Notes: a model not told the origin generated them from the letters alone. Shown: positions 27,801-40,353, counted from the first letter of the stretch. The stretch: 64,000 bases of DNA from Eledone cirrhosa (GCA_964016885.1 OZ024745.1:31744001-31808000), one strand, 5' to 3'. A program made the numbers and translations.

Positions 27801-28335
27801 TATGACTAGTCTGTGTCTACGGTTGTATGCTGTCTATGACTAGTCTGTGTCTATGACTAGTCTGTGTCTACGGTTGTATGCCGTCTATGACTAGTCTGTT
27901 TCTACGGTTGTATGCCGTCTATGACTAGTCTGTGTCTACGGTTGTATGCCGTCTATGACTAGTCTGTGTCTACGGTTGTATGCTGTCTATGACTAGTCTG
28001 TGTCTACGGTTGTATGCCGTCTATGACTAGTCTGTGTCTACGGTTGTATGCTGTCTATGACTAGTCTGTGTCTATGACTAGTCTGTGTCTACGGTTGTAT
28101 GCCGTCTATGACTAGTCTGTGTCTACGGTTGTATGCTGTCTATGACTAGTCTGTGTCTACGGTTGTATGCTGTCTATGACTAGTCTGTGTCTACGGTTGT
28201 ATGCCGTCTATGACTTGCCTTGTTTTTATTTTGTAATATTCAAATATTTTTCATATATATTTAGCCAGGTGTGCTACTATTTTTCCATGTGTTCCAAGGT
28301 GTGCCGCTGGCAAAAAAAAAAATGTTCGATGTGTT
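24884..28335. mobile_element. Probable hAT-type MITE hosting a minisatellite
   Basis: The left end reads CAGTGACTCTCAACC..GTGTGCCACG and the right side has GTGTGCCG..AAAAA. The right TIR is degenerate. Confidence 0.4.
24993..28215. repeat. Minisatellite of two 17-bp monomers, A (GTCTATGACTAGTCTGT) and B (GTCTACGGTTGTATGCT)
   Basis: About 3.2 kb (roughly 190 17-mers) arranged as AB, AAB and AAAB. Confidence 0.96.
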
Positions 28336-29235
28336 CTTCCTTAACCGGCATACGTGTCTGAAATAGGCATGTGTGAAGTGGTTATTGTAATCAGACTGCT
28401 TCTATTATTTACCTGTGTTTTTTTTTTCTTGTTGATTATAATGTCCTCTTTGATCCTTAAATTGCCTTTATTCCTTCCGTCGCCTCCATGGTGACCTCTG
28501 TGTCTTGGCTGCGACATCTCACAATGTTTTAATAGAAGCTCTCATCATGTGCAGCATCCTATTGAAACGCGTGTAGATTGGAATAAATTGAGTAATAATT
28601 TCCCATTAGCAACAAATCTGTAGAAAATAAGTAGGCATTAAACTAGTCATACATAGCTATGTTTATTGAGAAATGTATCTATTGTTGGCTATGCTTCTCA
28701 ATTCCAGTCTTCTTGGAATTGTATCTTCCAATAACAATGCTTGTATAACGGATTCTTTGAACATAATATTGTGTCATTGATACAAAAAATGATTTTACAA
28801 AAGTACTCACCATATTCCGCTATCTTCGAACAATAAAGAAGCCATATATATATAACGAAGGAATTGTGGTGAGGAACCAGATGGACCATAACGCACCAAA
28901 GTACTCAATACTTAGGGTAGTAGAGTGGGTAATAGGAACAAGTATGACCCCGACGGCAGAGCTCAACCGTCGGGGTCATACTTGTTCCTATACATACATA
29001 CATACATACATACATACACACACACATATATATAATCAATGAAAAAAGATGTGTCCAGTTAGTTTGTCTACCAGCATATCAGGAAAAAAATAAATATTTT
29101 GTCTGAGAACATGTTTTGCTTTATAGAATTTTGCATCTTCGAAATATATATAACGAAATAAATAGAGATGATATAAAATGTATATTTTTCGTTTATTAAT
29201 AATATTCTTATATATATATATAATATATGTGTAAT

Positions 29236-30023
29236 AAACCCCACACACTATTAGCGTGTTGAATTGATCCATTATACAAGTATTGTTATTGGAAGGAAAG
29301 GGTTTACAAGATACGATACATATAGTTGAGAGAGCGGGCCGGGGGAGGAATTTGTTGATGGACGAGACAAATCCACTTTCTTTGTGTGTTCAAAGGTAGA
29401 GTGAGTCCATTCTATAACACTCCACAGATATGAGATGGAAAAATTACTAATTAAATCGATATAGTAAGAAACCATAGAGATTTAACGTTAAGTATGAAGG
29501 GGAGTTTCCGTACACAATCACAGGATTTCTGAATAAACTTTAATATAAGGGAGAAAACTAAGAATAGAATGAGTGAAAGAGTTTTTCCCCTTACATCAGG
29601 GTAAGGTTTCCCGCGAAAGATTTTTACAGTTCACTGTACACACACACATGTATTATATATATGTAAGGGGAAAAACTCTTTCACTCATTCTTTTCTTAGT
29701 TTTCTCCCTTATATTAAAGTTTATTCAGAAATCCTGTGATTGTGTACGGAAACTCCCCTTCATACTTAACGTTAAATCTCTACGGTTTCTTACTATATCG
29801 ATTTAATTAGTAATTTTTCCATCTCATATCTGTGGAGTGTTATAGAATGGACTCACTCTACCTTTGAACACACAAAGAAAGTGGATTTGTCTCGTCCATC
29901 AATAAATTCTTCCCCCGGCCCGCTCTCTCTCAACTATATGTATCGTATCTTGTAAACCCTTTCCTTCCAATAACAATACTTGTATAATGGATCAATTCAA
30001 CACGCTAATAGTGTGTGGGGTTT
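29236..30023. repeat. Long, young inverted repeat (~360-bp arms, ~65-bp spacer)
   Basis: 29236-29595 is the reverse complement of 29661-30023 with few mismatches. It is followed by CTGAAGA-GCTC, a partial hammerhead-like core. Confidence 0.93.
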
Positions 30024-30769
30024 CTGTTCTGAAGAGCTCCTGCTGTCCAGCTCTCCTGAGAGTTTCTTGCCACCGTGTCATTGATATAAAGAATTATACT
30101 TTTACAAAAGTATCCACCACTTAATTCAACATTTATTAATACATCCAAACCAAACACAACATACTGTTTACTATGTTTACGTAAGCTATTCTTGTTATTT
30201 AAAACCGTTTTAACCCATGATATTTATTGTTGCATTAATTTCTGTTTATATCCCTTTATTATGGTTATATTGATTGTGACTATATCTACGCTACATCTCA
30301 TTCGTCATCTTTCTTTTTCTGAATTATGGCAACTAAAGAAAACAAACCTTTGACCCCTTTTGATTTCGGAAGCAAATCAAATTTCTTTTTATACCGTCCC
30401 ACCCTTGCAAGCAGGGAAAAAGCAGACGTAAAATGATGATGATGATCTTAAATCTTACAAAACAAAAAATAGCGATGAACATAATGTACCAACTCCATAA
30501 CCCATTGGGTTGTTGAAGGAATCATTAGAAATTGATTCAAGAGAACACAGATATATCTAATGTTTTTCTCTCTCGATCTGTGGGTGATTTCTGAGATCTA
30601 CCAATACAAACTAACGGTGAACGTCAAGTACGATATAAAGAGCTTCGCAGCCTCCGCATTGGATGTGCGATCAATACTCCACTTGGTGCAGATAAAAATC
30701 AAAGTAAGACGTTCTCATCCTCGGTTTGCCACTCGCTCCATCCTCAGGGCCAGCTCAAAACTCAGCCAT

Positions 30770-31110
30770 TAGTTCCCTTTCTCCCATTGAGATGTGCAAC
30801 GCGCATTTGGGGGCTTGACCCAGACTTCTACGAACGCATTCTCTCTTTTCCACATAACGTGCACGGATGTCGCTATTCATGTGGCACATACTGTTCGACC
30901 TGTCCTATTCGAGGCGACATGTACCAGAACATCGGCTCCGGTGGTGAAATATCTCCTCTCCGCCATAGCTATGTCGGTGCAATCGTATCTCTTCACAATC
31001 CAATTTCCACTCGGCCTGTACGCCGCTCTGGAAGTGGCTCACATTCCAGCCATCAAACAGCTTCAGCACTTTCGAGCGAAATGCCGTGCTGTTATCCATC
31101 AACAGAGCCC
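30770..31110 (-). pseudogene. Gypsy-like LTR retrotransposon integrase relic
   Basis: Frameshifted translation MDNSTAFRS...WNVSHF/RAAYRPSGNWIVKR...AMAER and EVWVKPPNARCTSQWEKG. Confidence 0.65.
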
Positions 31111-31179
31111 CGCTCCAAAAATATCTCTTTCAGCGTTTTTTGCATTTGGAGCTGTACAGGCCGGTTCAGATTAAGAGTA

Positions 31180-31550
31180 AATTAAAGCTTTCGCTCCAAT
31201 ATAACTGTATACATATAAGTATGTGAATTTCGTATATATCTGACGATATGCGGTACATACAAATGAGGCTAATCAGCCGATTTACATAGGTGAAAAAATA
31301 TAATTTTTTCGCCTGTTTCAAATTCCAGTGGAGAGCAGGGGAAGCACTGTCCTGTTGATGGTCAGAGCCAGAAACGCGTTGGCAAGTGTCCCCTGCTACT
31401 TCTGCTAGACAGCGCTGGCGGTCAGCTTTTCAATACTCATAGCTTGAAGGCTTTCCAAATGTTTATTCGTAAAGATACCGCATGTCATTAGCTATACGAA
31501 ATTCACATACTTATATGTATACAGCAATGTCGGAGTGAAAACTCTAATTC
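31180..31550. repeat. Diverged inverted repeat enclosing a hammerhead relic (31345-31388, +)
   Basis: Arms CTGTATACACATAAGTATGTGAATTTCGTATA / TATACGAAATTCACATACTTATATGTATACAG. Inside: CACTGTC-CTGTTGA-TGG..CCA-GAA-ACGCGT-T-GGCAAGTG (A6 changed to U). Confidence 0.7.
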
Positions 31551-31777
31551 TAAATATATAATATACTAAATAAATAAAAAGGAACAATTATACCAAAAAG
31601 GGATAATTATATTAAAAATAGACATTGGTATATCTCAACCATAAGCGAGAGTGTATAACGTAAAGTATAAGGTTATTAAATATATAATGCAAACAAAAAT
31701 AATTTATTATCTGTTCAGTAATGTGTCTGGTAATATTACTAGTGGCAATAATGCAAGATAAATAGAAACACCTTTTC

Positions 31778-31813
<36 letters not shown>

Positions 31814-32402
31814 AAAGCAAAAATAAGTTATTGACAATATTTTATTTTAAACATTCTTCAGTTGGTAAGCAATTACCTTATAAATGCAAAGAAAGCAATG
31901 AGTAAGATAGCATGAAGAAAGATCTTTTCCCAATAGACACAACATGGAGCATAATATCAACATGATGAAACTAAAAGTGTACCATTTAATTATTAATGGA
32001 CTTATTGGAAATAAATACTTGGCTTGTAAATTATATCAATACAGCTTTATTAACTCTTAATCACTTGGAATTATTTAGAAAATATATATAAAAAAAAAAA
32101 CAGGTTTGACAATTCAAATATTTATAGTATCTTTACTAATGGACAGATCATTAAGTGAAACTAATAATTCCAAATTTAAACTGAGTGTACTGAATGTGGC
32201 ATATATTATTTATTACCTTCTAAACTGTTCAGTTCAATTAAATTAGTAAATACTGTTTTGAACAAGGCTCCAGAGCACAAGATATGAAAGGAGGCAGCCA
32301 ACTTTTAGCAAACGTTGACATCAATAATAATGTTCAATGAGAAAATCAATGGAAAGAATGCGTTACAAATGGCAACCTATTTGATGATATTAAGTAATCT
32401 TT

Positions 32403-32614
32403 TTACGCTGGCCGTCCTCTACCTCTGCCTCCACTAGCATCAGGTGCTTCAGATTTAGGATTTTTGATAGTTTCATCAACAGACAACAATAAACACGTAG
32501 CTTCTACAGCTGCTTGAAGAGCATTAGATTTGACAACAGCAGGTTCCCAGATACAGGCCTCAAAATTATCTGTAATATCTTCTTCCATCACATCAACTCC
32601 GTACCACATACCAC
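32403..32614 (-). CDS. CCT7: CCT7 exon 12 (last coding exon)
   Basis: GMWYGVD...[33 protein letters not shown]...GRGRGRPA*, preceded by a tag acceptor. Confidence 0.96.
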
Positions 32615-32971
32615 CTACAACAATCAGAAAGATATAATGTTAATGAATTTCTAATTTGGTATAGAAGTAGACTGTCTATAATCTTCCCCCCAAGCAAGTA
32701 ACATTTTGTTTATAATCAAAATCTGAAATAATACATATAGAATCAACTCATAAATAAACCTGAAGACTATTCAAGACACTTAAATTGATATTTGCATTAA
32801 AAATTCTAAGTTAGAATTTAAAAAAAAAAGTAAAATTAATTTTATATTAAAATTTTAAAGTAAATAATTTACTTCAGGTTAAATTCACTTGATTTAGAAC
32901 ATTTACTTAAATGTGAAATATATCTATGACCGATTTCATAGATTATATACTAAAAAATTTCTTTAACTTAC

Positions 32972-33160
32972 CTTGAGCATGTTTTTGTCTTAATTTATTG
33001 AGGATGTTGGTAGAATCAAATCCAGCATTATCACTCAGCTGACGTGGAATAATTTCTAAAGCCTTTGCTATGGCACCAATAAGTAATTGGTCTTTTCCAG
33101 CAATTGTTCGAGAATATTCTCTTAAGTAACGACTCAATTCTATTTCTATAGCACCACCAC
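32972..33160 (-). CDS. CCT7: CCT7 exon 11
   Basis: [27 protein letters not shown]...[29 protein letters not shown] boundaries. Confidence 0.96.
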
Positions 33161-33289
33161 CTAAAAACAAAGTTATCATACAACTGAAACTAAATAAATA
33201 CAAACACATCTTTTTTAAAATAAATTTCTCTCATTAACAACATATCTTGACAACCATTTTAGTTCAACTTCAAGCTGTACCTTGAAATC

Positions 33290-34162
33290 AAAAGGACTGA
33301 TCCTGAAATCTACAACTCTTTCCTACAATCAGACCTGGACACAATGCAGCAATGGATCACAGACTCGCAACTGAAGCTGGCTGTGGACAAGTGTACCACC
33401 ATGCATTTTGGGAGGAAAAATCCAGCATCCACATACTCCCTCCACAACACTGATATCAAGAAGTCCTCTTGTGAACGTGACCTGGGCATTACTGTCAGCA
33501 GCGATTTGCGTTGGACAAAGCATGTCTCTAAGATTGTCAAGAAGGCCGAAGGTGTTTTGGCATCACTCAGCAAGACTTTTGTTAGCCGCTCTCCAGCCAT
33601 CTATTTAAAGCTGTATACAGCTATGGTACACATCATCAGTCTGGAACCCCTATCTTGCTCAGAACATTGACCTCCTGGAAACTGTTCAGAGACCAAGCGC
33701 ATACCCTCCATCAGCCACCTACCATACTCTGAACGTCTGGCAATGGACTTGGTAAACACCCACAAAGTTATTAACCATCTCGCCAACAACAACCCTGAGC
33801 ACCTTTTTGATCTCCATGTGTCTAACACACGTGGACATGTCTACAAAATCAGAAAACAGCACAGCTCCCATGACTTTTGGAAACATTTTTTCACTCTCCG
33901 AGTTGCTGAAGCATGGAACAAACTGCCTGCCTCAGTTGTTAGCTGCCGAGACACTGCATCCTTTAAAACCTTCAGGCTTCCCGAAATTTGCCAAAACTAC
34001 ACCTGATGTACCCCTTCCATACACATGCAAACATGTGTATATCATGACTCATGCACTGTTCATTTTCCTGACGTTTGTACATTACCCTATGTACTATATA
34101 CACTTTTTGATGAGTTGTAGTGCACCTGAGCACTGTACACAATATTTCATTATTATTATTAT
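33290..34162 (+). mobile_element. CR1/L2-group LINE 3' fragment in CCT7 intron 10
   Basis: LQSDLDTMQQW...ERDLGI..SDLRW...HFFTLRVAEAWNKLP, with an (ATT)n tail. Confidence 0.85.
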
Positions 34163-35378
34163 AAAACATAATCCATTATAATAGAAATACCGTATTTGCT
34201 GGCCTATTGGACACTCCTTAGTATAAGACGCCCTCTGGTTTTACAAGGACATTTTCAGAAGAAAAAAAAATCTTAGTATATTTCTTCATAAATTTATTAA
34301 AAAGTATTTCATTGTTATCTCAGAAACTCGTGATATCAAAAGTAATACAAACCATGATTGCCCTCACCCTTCGTTCAGCCTCCCATCGGTGATGGGTATG
34401 GTACATTATATTAACAAACAATATCAGTAACTTTTAGTGCACAATTTATTGAAAGAGGTTATTAAGAATGCACTACATTTCCATACATTTTTCAAAGATA
34501 ATGTTTTACATATGGTTCCAAAGACAAGCTTGAAGGTTTACTCACAGGATACTAAATATACCAAGAGAAATAAAAGAAAAAAAATTGTAGTGATAAGTGC
34601 CTGGCATGTCTGGGAAATCAGTAGACACCGCTTCAGTACTGATTTGGTCTATGTAAACCTATCCAACCCTTGCTAACAGGGAAAGTGGCCATTAAAACGA
34701 TGATAATGATGCTGCTTTACTATAATTTCAGAATCCAGAAAAAATTTAGAAAGAGATAAGCTAAAAATATATTGTTCATTTATATTCCCTTGCAGTATAC
34801 TCAGTTGTGAAAAGACATCTCTCCAGGATAAGAAAATATGTAAAAGTTGTTCAAATGGCAATGTTGAGTCAGTTACTGGTTTTAACACTGATTAGATAAA
34901 TATATTTAGAGAAGTGTTATCATGCCACTATTCAGATATATGCACGGAGGGGGGGGGGGGGGGAATGAATGAATAGGTAATTGTATAGTGTACATTCAGA
35001 AATATGAGATTTAGTGTAATCTTTTTTTTTGTCATGTTTTTTTAAATGTAAAATAAAATTAAAATTATTATTAGATTCTCCAGCTGCCGTATCAATATGA
35101 ATCATTTGCAATAAAATTTCACCAGAGATAGATTAACAAAATTTAATAAGCAGCAAGGGAAGAGGGCAGTTATTCAAGACCTGAGAGTATGTAACATCAA
35201 GTGGAGATAAATACAAGACAACTGCAAATTAGTTAAAGAAAATATATAATAGATGTTTTCTTCTTTCTTTGGCATTTCACAATCCTTGCAGAATAAGCTC
35301 TCATGTCATATCATTGATAAACAAACAAAAATAAATAAAAGAACAGAAAATTAGGACAAGAAAATATGTATATCTTAC

Positions 35379-35530
35379 CAGCGACAACAGCATCATTTTT
35401 CAAAGCTCTCCTCACAATCATAATAGCATCATGGAGAGATCTTTCTGTCTCTTCAATAAATTGCTCAGCACCACCTCTCAGAATCATTGTGCAGGTTTTT
35501 GCTTGAGGACATCCAGTAAAAATATTATAC
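35379..35530 (-). CDS. CCT7: CCT7 exon 10
   Basis: [54 protein letters not shown] boundaries. Confidence 0.96.
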
Positions 35531-35667
35531 CTAATGTCAAATACATTAATAGGAAAACATTAGATTCACCAACAACAGAAAGTTATCCAACATAAAAATT
35601 CATAAAATTAAACACAGATTATTTTCAACTTTAGTAATACCAAAACAGAGGAATAGATTAATAGAGG

Positions 35668-35804
35668 GAATGTAGGTTTCAATTATCAAGTTCTATCAGA
35701 TAATTTCGATAGAACAACTCTCGTGCAACCAGATTAGTTTTAATATTCCACAAACGCAATACTGTATGACAATATCAGACATCCAGTTGTCATAAACTGT
35801 GGTT
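35668..35804 (-). ncRNA. Intronic H/ACA snoRNA, short U19-related paralogue (copy A1)
   Basis: Hairpin CCACA..TGTGG, H box ATATTA, hairpin GGTTGCA..TGAAACC, then ACA + 3 nt. Sense to CCT7. Confidence 0.7.
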
Positions 35805-36067
35805 AATCTCAAACAAACATTACACTATACAATATTTCAAGAGAAAATGTTACAAATGATGGTCGTCATAACAAAGATAAATTGGTAAGATGGTTAGTAA
35901 TTAAAATATCTATTAAATATAGCAAGTATGACATTGAGTTTGTAACAATGACATACATATATCTAGAATTATTACAAGATCAAAGCTGCAAAACATCATA
36001 ACATAGTAGATAATGTTCAGCTTTAGTTGTATATATCTATTCCATGAATGTGACAGAATAAATCTAC

Positions 36068-36247
36068 AGATGTTGGTTTCAAATACTAAATTCTATCAGA
36101 TAAATTTGACAGAATAACTCTCATGAAACCAGGAGTAACATCAAAGTAAAACCAGAACAGTTCAACATGATGATACCATAATTTTAATATTCCACAAATG
36201 TAACACTGTATGACAACATCAGGCATACAGTTGACTAGAATGTGGTA
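36068..36247 (-). ncRNA. Intronic H/ACA snoRNA, U19/SNORA74/snR191-like (copy B1)
   Basis: Two pocketed hairpins plus an extra middle segment, H box ATATTA and ACA-tct. Pockets AGTCA/GTTAC and GAGAGT/TAGT are complementary to LSU H69 GUAAC(U)AUGACU and ACUA(U)GACUCUC. Confidence 0.82.
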
Positions 36248-37029
36248 TTCCATAGAAATCATTTTCATTCCATCATCATTTCATATTTGCGCCTGCTTTT
36301 TCCCTGCTTGCAAGGGTGGGACGGGAACTGATTCTGGCTTGATTTCTACAGCTGGATGCCCTTCCTAACACCAACCTCATTTACAGTGAGTGCTGGGTGC
36401 TTTTTTGCTGTGGCACCTCCACGACCACTTTGCAGTGGAATGATATGAACTCCAGTCCCTATCATCTCATTTCTACAGATGAGTAAACTGGAGCAATGTA
36501 AAATAAAGTGTCTTGCTCAAGGAACAACACATCACCCGGTCTGAGAATTGAACTCACAACCTTTCGATTGCAAGGCCAATGCTCTAACCACTAAGCCATG
36601 TAAATATCTTTTGTAAATAGTTATAAACTAGTCTTGTTGTCAACAAAGAACATATTCATAGCAGTGAAGCTGACAATTACAATTCATAGACAAGTATTAC
36701 ATTGCTATTAAAATGTAGTTTATTGGCAAAACTGCTAGAGGGTTGGACAAAATACTTTGTGGTATCTAGCTGATTTTCTGTTTCAGTCCAAATCTTGCTG
36801 AAATCAAACTTGTCTTTCACCCTTCCAAGGTTGTTAATCAAATTACCTACCTCCCAAATTTGCTGGGCTTGTGCGAAAATTAGAAACAAAATTTAGTGTA
36901 CACAAAACTCCTAGCCAAACTAATCATGTATAAATAAATTTCGAATATAAGTACACATTGCAATTAATTATTCGTTTTTTATGAGAGACAGAGTGAGATG
37001 TTTTAATAACTATCATTTAATATAAACAA

Positions 37030-37653
37030 AAATGGCTTAAGAAAATGAAAATGAAACGTTTTTTGAAGGCTTTACTGAAATTGATTTAGTTGAAGCACAA
37101 AAGAAATACAATTCTTTTATTGAAAATGAACAGAATTTATTAGACATTGATTTAATGTCAGAACCTAACTATGATGATGATATATTAATGAATTCAAGTG
37201 AAAAAATGAAGACTCACGGAGTGAGCGATTTTCTGAAATCAATGATATATTCAGAGGAAACTCTGGACCAGTAAATATTTTGGATGCTGAGAAGAACTAG
37301 ATTTTTTTTTCTTTCAAATATTTAATAAGGATTTGTTCAATATGCTGGCAATTGAAACAAACAAATATGCTAAAACAAAAGCCCCTGATCAGAAATGGTG
37401 AAGCAACTGCTTCGGAAATAAGGGCCTATATTGTCTCAAATACAAGGACATGTATTTTTTAAAGGATAATTTATTTCAGTCAACAGGGATCAGAGAATTG
37501 ATAAGGGACAAACTGAACCAGTATTTCCATATTGCAGATGTCCCACAGAATCCAGCACATGGCCACCACAACCAAGACAAACTTGCCCATGTTCAGCCAT
37601 TTATTGAAAATATGTGCGAGAACTTGAAGCCACAGTACAACCTCCTTAGATGA
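37030..37653 (+). pseudogene. piggyBac-like transposase relic
   Basis: Acidic N-terminus and LNQYFHIAD...DKLAHVQPFIE, with many stops and frameshifts. Confidence 0.55.
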
Positions 37654-37743
37654 TTAAATCAGTAAAACAGAAACTCAAAATTAAACACAGATTATTTTCA
37701 ACTTTAATAATACCGAAACAGAGGAATAGATTATTAATAGAGG

Positions 37744-37880
37744 GAATGTAAGTTTCAGTTATCAAGTTCTATCACATAATTTCGATAGAACAACTCTCGT
37801 GAAACCAGATTAGATTTAATATTCCACAAACGCAATACTGTATGACATTATCAGACATCCAGTTGTCATAAACTGTGGTT
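37744..37880 (-). ncRNA. Intronic H/ACA snoRNA, short paralogue (copy A2)
   Basis: Near-identical to 35668-35804, with boxes and stems retained. Confidence 0.68.
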
Positions 37881-38650
37881 AATCCAAAACATTATTTGTT
37901 ATAATGTTACATACACAAAATTACTAACCAAACCAAGAATTATAATATTGTATCAATGTGCAAGTTTTATAAATTACAACCAGATAGAATTTTGATTAGT
38001 TCAAAGCATTCATTCTACATTTTAAAAACTGAGCAATTAGGAAGTTGTTACTATTATAATTATTAGAAATTCATAATTTTAGGAATGGAGAAAGATAGTA
38101 CTCCACCCTACCTTTAGTATCACATTTATTGTAAAACAAGGCCAACAGGAAATGACTGAGATACTTAGTGAATTAACCTTTTTGATATCAACTTGATGCT
38201 AGACCTTGTTTTAAAGTAGTCATAGTTAAATTAAAATCCTCCATCATAGTTTACAGTAAAAATCCTTTACTAAATTGTTCTAAACACCAGTTTACAGTAA
38301 AAGACAATTTACTAACACCCCATTGCAATTCATTATTTTCTTAATTATCTGAAACCAAGCAGATTGTTTCAATAGAAATATGCTCAATGACAGGATCATG
38401 AATGGTAAAATTCCTTGCTGTCACTACTTTATAACCTGCATTGTTTTAACAAAGATAAATTGGTAAGATGGTTAGTATTTAAAATATTATTAAATATAGC
38501 AGGTATGGCATTGAGTTTGTAACAACGACATACATATATCTAGAATCATTACAAGATCAAAGCTGCAAAACACTAACATCATAAAATAGTAGATAATGTT
38601 CAGCTTTAGTTGTATATATCTATTCCATGAATGTGACAGAATAAATCTAC

Positions 38651-38830
38651 AGATGTTGGTTTCAAATACTAAATTCTATCAGATAAATTTGACAGAATAA
38701 CTCTCATGAAACCAGGAGTAACATCAAAGTAAAACCAGAACAGTTCAACATGATGATACCATAGTTTTAATATTCCACAAATGTAACACTGTATGACAAC
38801 ATCAGACATACAGTTGACTAGAATGTGGCA
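38651..38830 (-). ncRNA. Intronic H/ACA snoRNA, U19/SNORA74-like (copy B2)
   Basis: Near-identical to 36068-36247. Confidence 0.8.
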
Positions 38831-39143
38831 TTCCATAGAAATATCTTTTGTAAATAGTTATACACTAGTTTAGTTATTAGTAAAGAGCAATCAACACATG
38901 TGGAAGTTGACAACTTATATTAGGTTTGATTTAACTCCAAACAACTGTCAGTCTCAAGAAAAAAAAAAACACGAAAATCATTAGATATTTCTTCAAAATG
39001 GACTGGATGATTCAGATATATTTTTGTCTTCAAAAAAGCTGGTAGCTCAGAGTGAAGTCAAACTTAATATAAATACACATGTATAAAATATACTAATTCT
39101 GAGGGAAAGTGAGGCTTGGAAAATAGAACAGTTAGCCAATTAC

Positions 39144-39296
39144 CTGTCTCCTCCAATTTGCTGCTCTTCAAAATGTTCACATTTTCCAAGATTCTTTTCA
39201 GTCATATTTTGAACTGATGTCAAGATGGCACCACCACAAGCTTTCATTGTTCGCTGAAGATCATCCTCAACCACACGGCCAGCACAAAACATATCT
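39144..39296 (-). CDS. CCT7: CCT7 exon 9
   Basis: [29 protein letters not shown]...[10 protein letters not shown]. Confidence 0.96.
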
Positions 39297-40353
39297 CTAT
39301 AAAAAATAAATAAAATAAAATAAAAGACGTAATTAGAGAAAAAAACTTTCACACCAGATCATTTTGTTCAGTTCTATATATAAAAGATAAAAATTAAAGA
39401 AAAGCGAAGGACAGAGGAAAAGCAACAGCAAACTCTACATCCCAGGCTAAGCAGAATATCTCAACTGTGCCACTAAGTAAATAGCAAAGGCATTGCTGCA
39501 AACACCCGTTGCATTAGCCACTCCATCTCAGCTCATTCCTCAGGTGGAATACACTCCTTCCAATTTTGCAGAGAAAAACAGTAGTTCAGGGACTGAGGAC
39601 AATAGAAGTCTCAAGAGCAACCAGCATTAAAAGGAAGCTGCCAATCAAGTCCTAGTATTTGGGTATTTTCCTCTCCTTCGCATTACAGGCAGCAGGGCCT
39701 GGTACAACCGTAACTTAAGAAAAAATGGCACTATATACTACCATGATCCTACTTCCCCATATTTAACTCCTATCATGAATAACTCTAATATTCATTACTT
39801 TTCATTCTATTTAAATATCATTACAATACTAAATACTTTCTCCAAACAAATTTCTTTAAAACTGCAGAAATTATTTTATAAATATCAATCCACAGCAGTT
39901 TTATAGATTTCTTTATCTGAACACATCAAACACGACTCAGTTAAAAATAGCCACACCCCAACTATATCAGTCAAAGGTGTCATATTCTTTGTAGCTGTAA
40001 TATGAGCAGCATTGAATGTGTGTAAATCTGATAAGTGTCACAAAATTTATAAATTGGTAAAAAAAAAAAAATAAATCTTCATAGAAAAAATACACTGTAT
40101 ATAAACCAAGGATATGCTACCTCCACCCTCCCCAGGGCAAGATGGAGGGGGGGGGGGGGGCTTATAAACGTTAGCTAAACAATGTGTCTCTTCAGCCCAT
40201 TTCTCATACAAAATAATGGAGTTGCCTTATATTCAAGTATATACCACACACACATTAACAAAACACCGTTTCTCCCTCATCACATAAACATCTCAAGTTG
40301 CAGATGATGACCACAATATCTTTATCAATATCTGAGTTTATAGGAAGACATAC

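Noticed and set aside
24993-28215. CRISPR-like repeat array
   Set aside because: No unique spacers, no cas genes and a eukaryotic context. It is a tandem minisatellite, and its ACTAGT has no hammerhead core.
28520-28590. AATAG..CTATT-GAAACGCGT hammerhead half
   Set aside because: The CUGANGA box is missing and G occupies the cleavage position.
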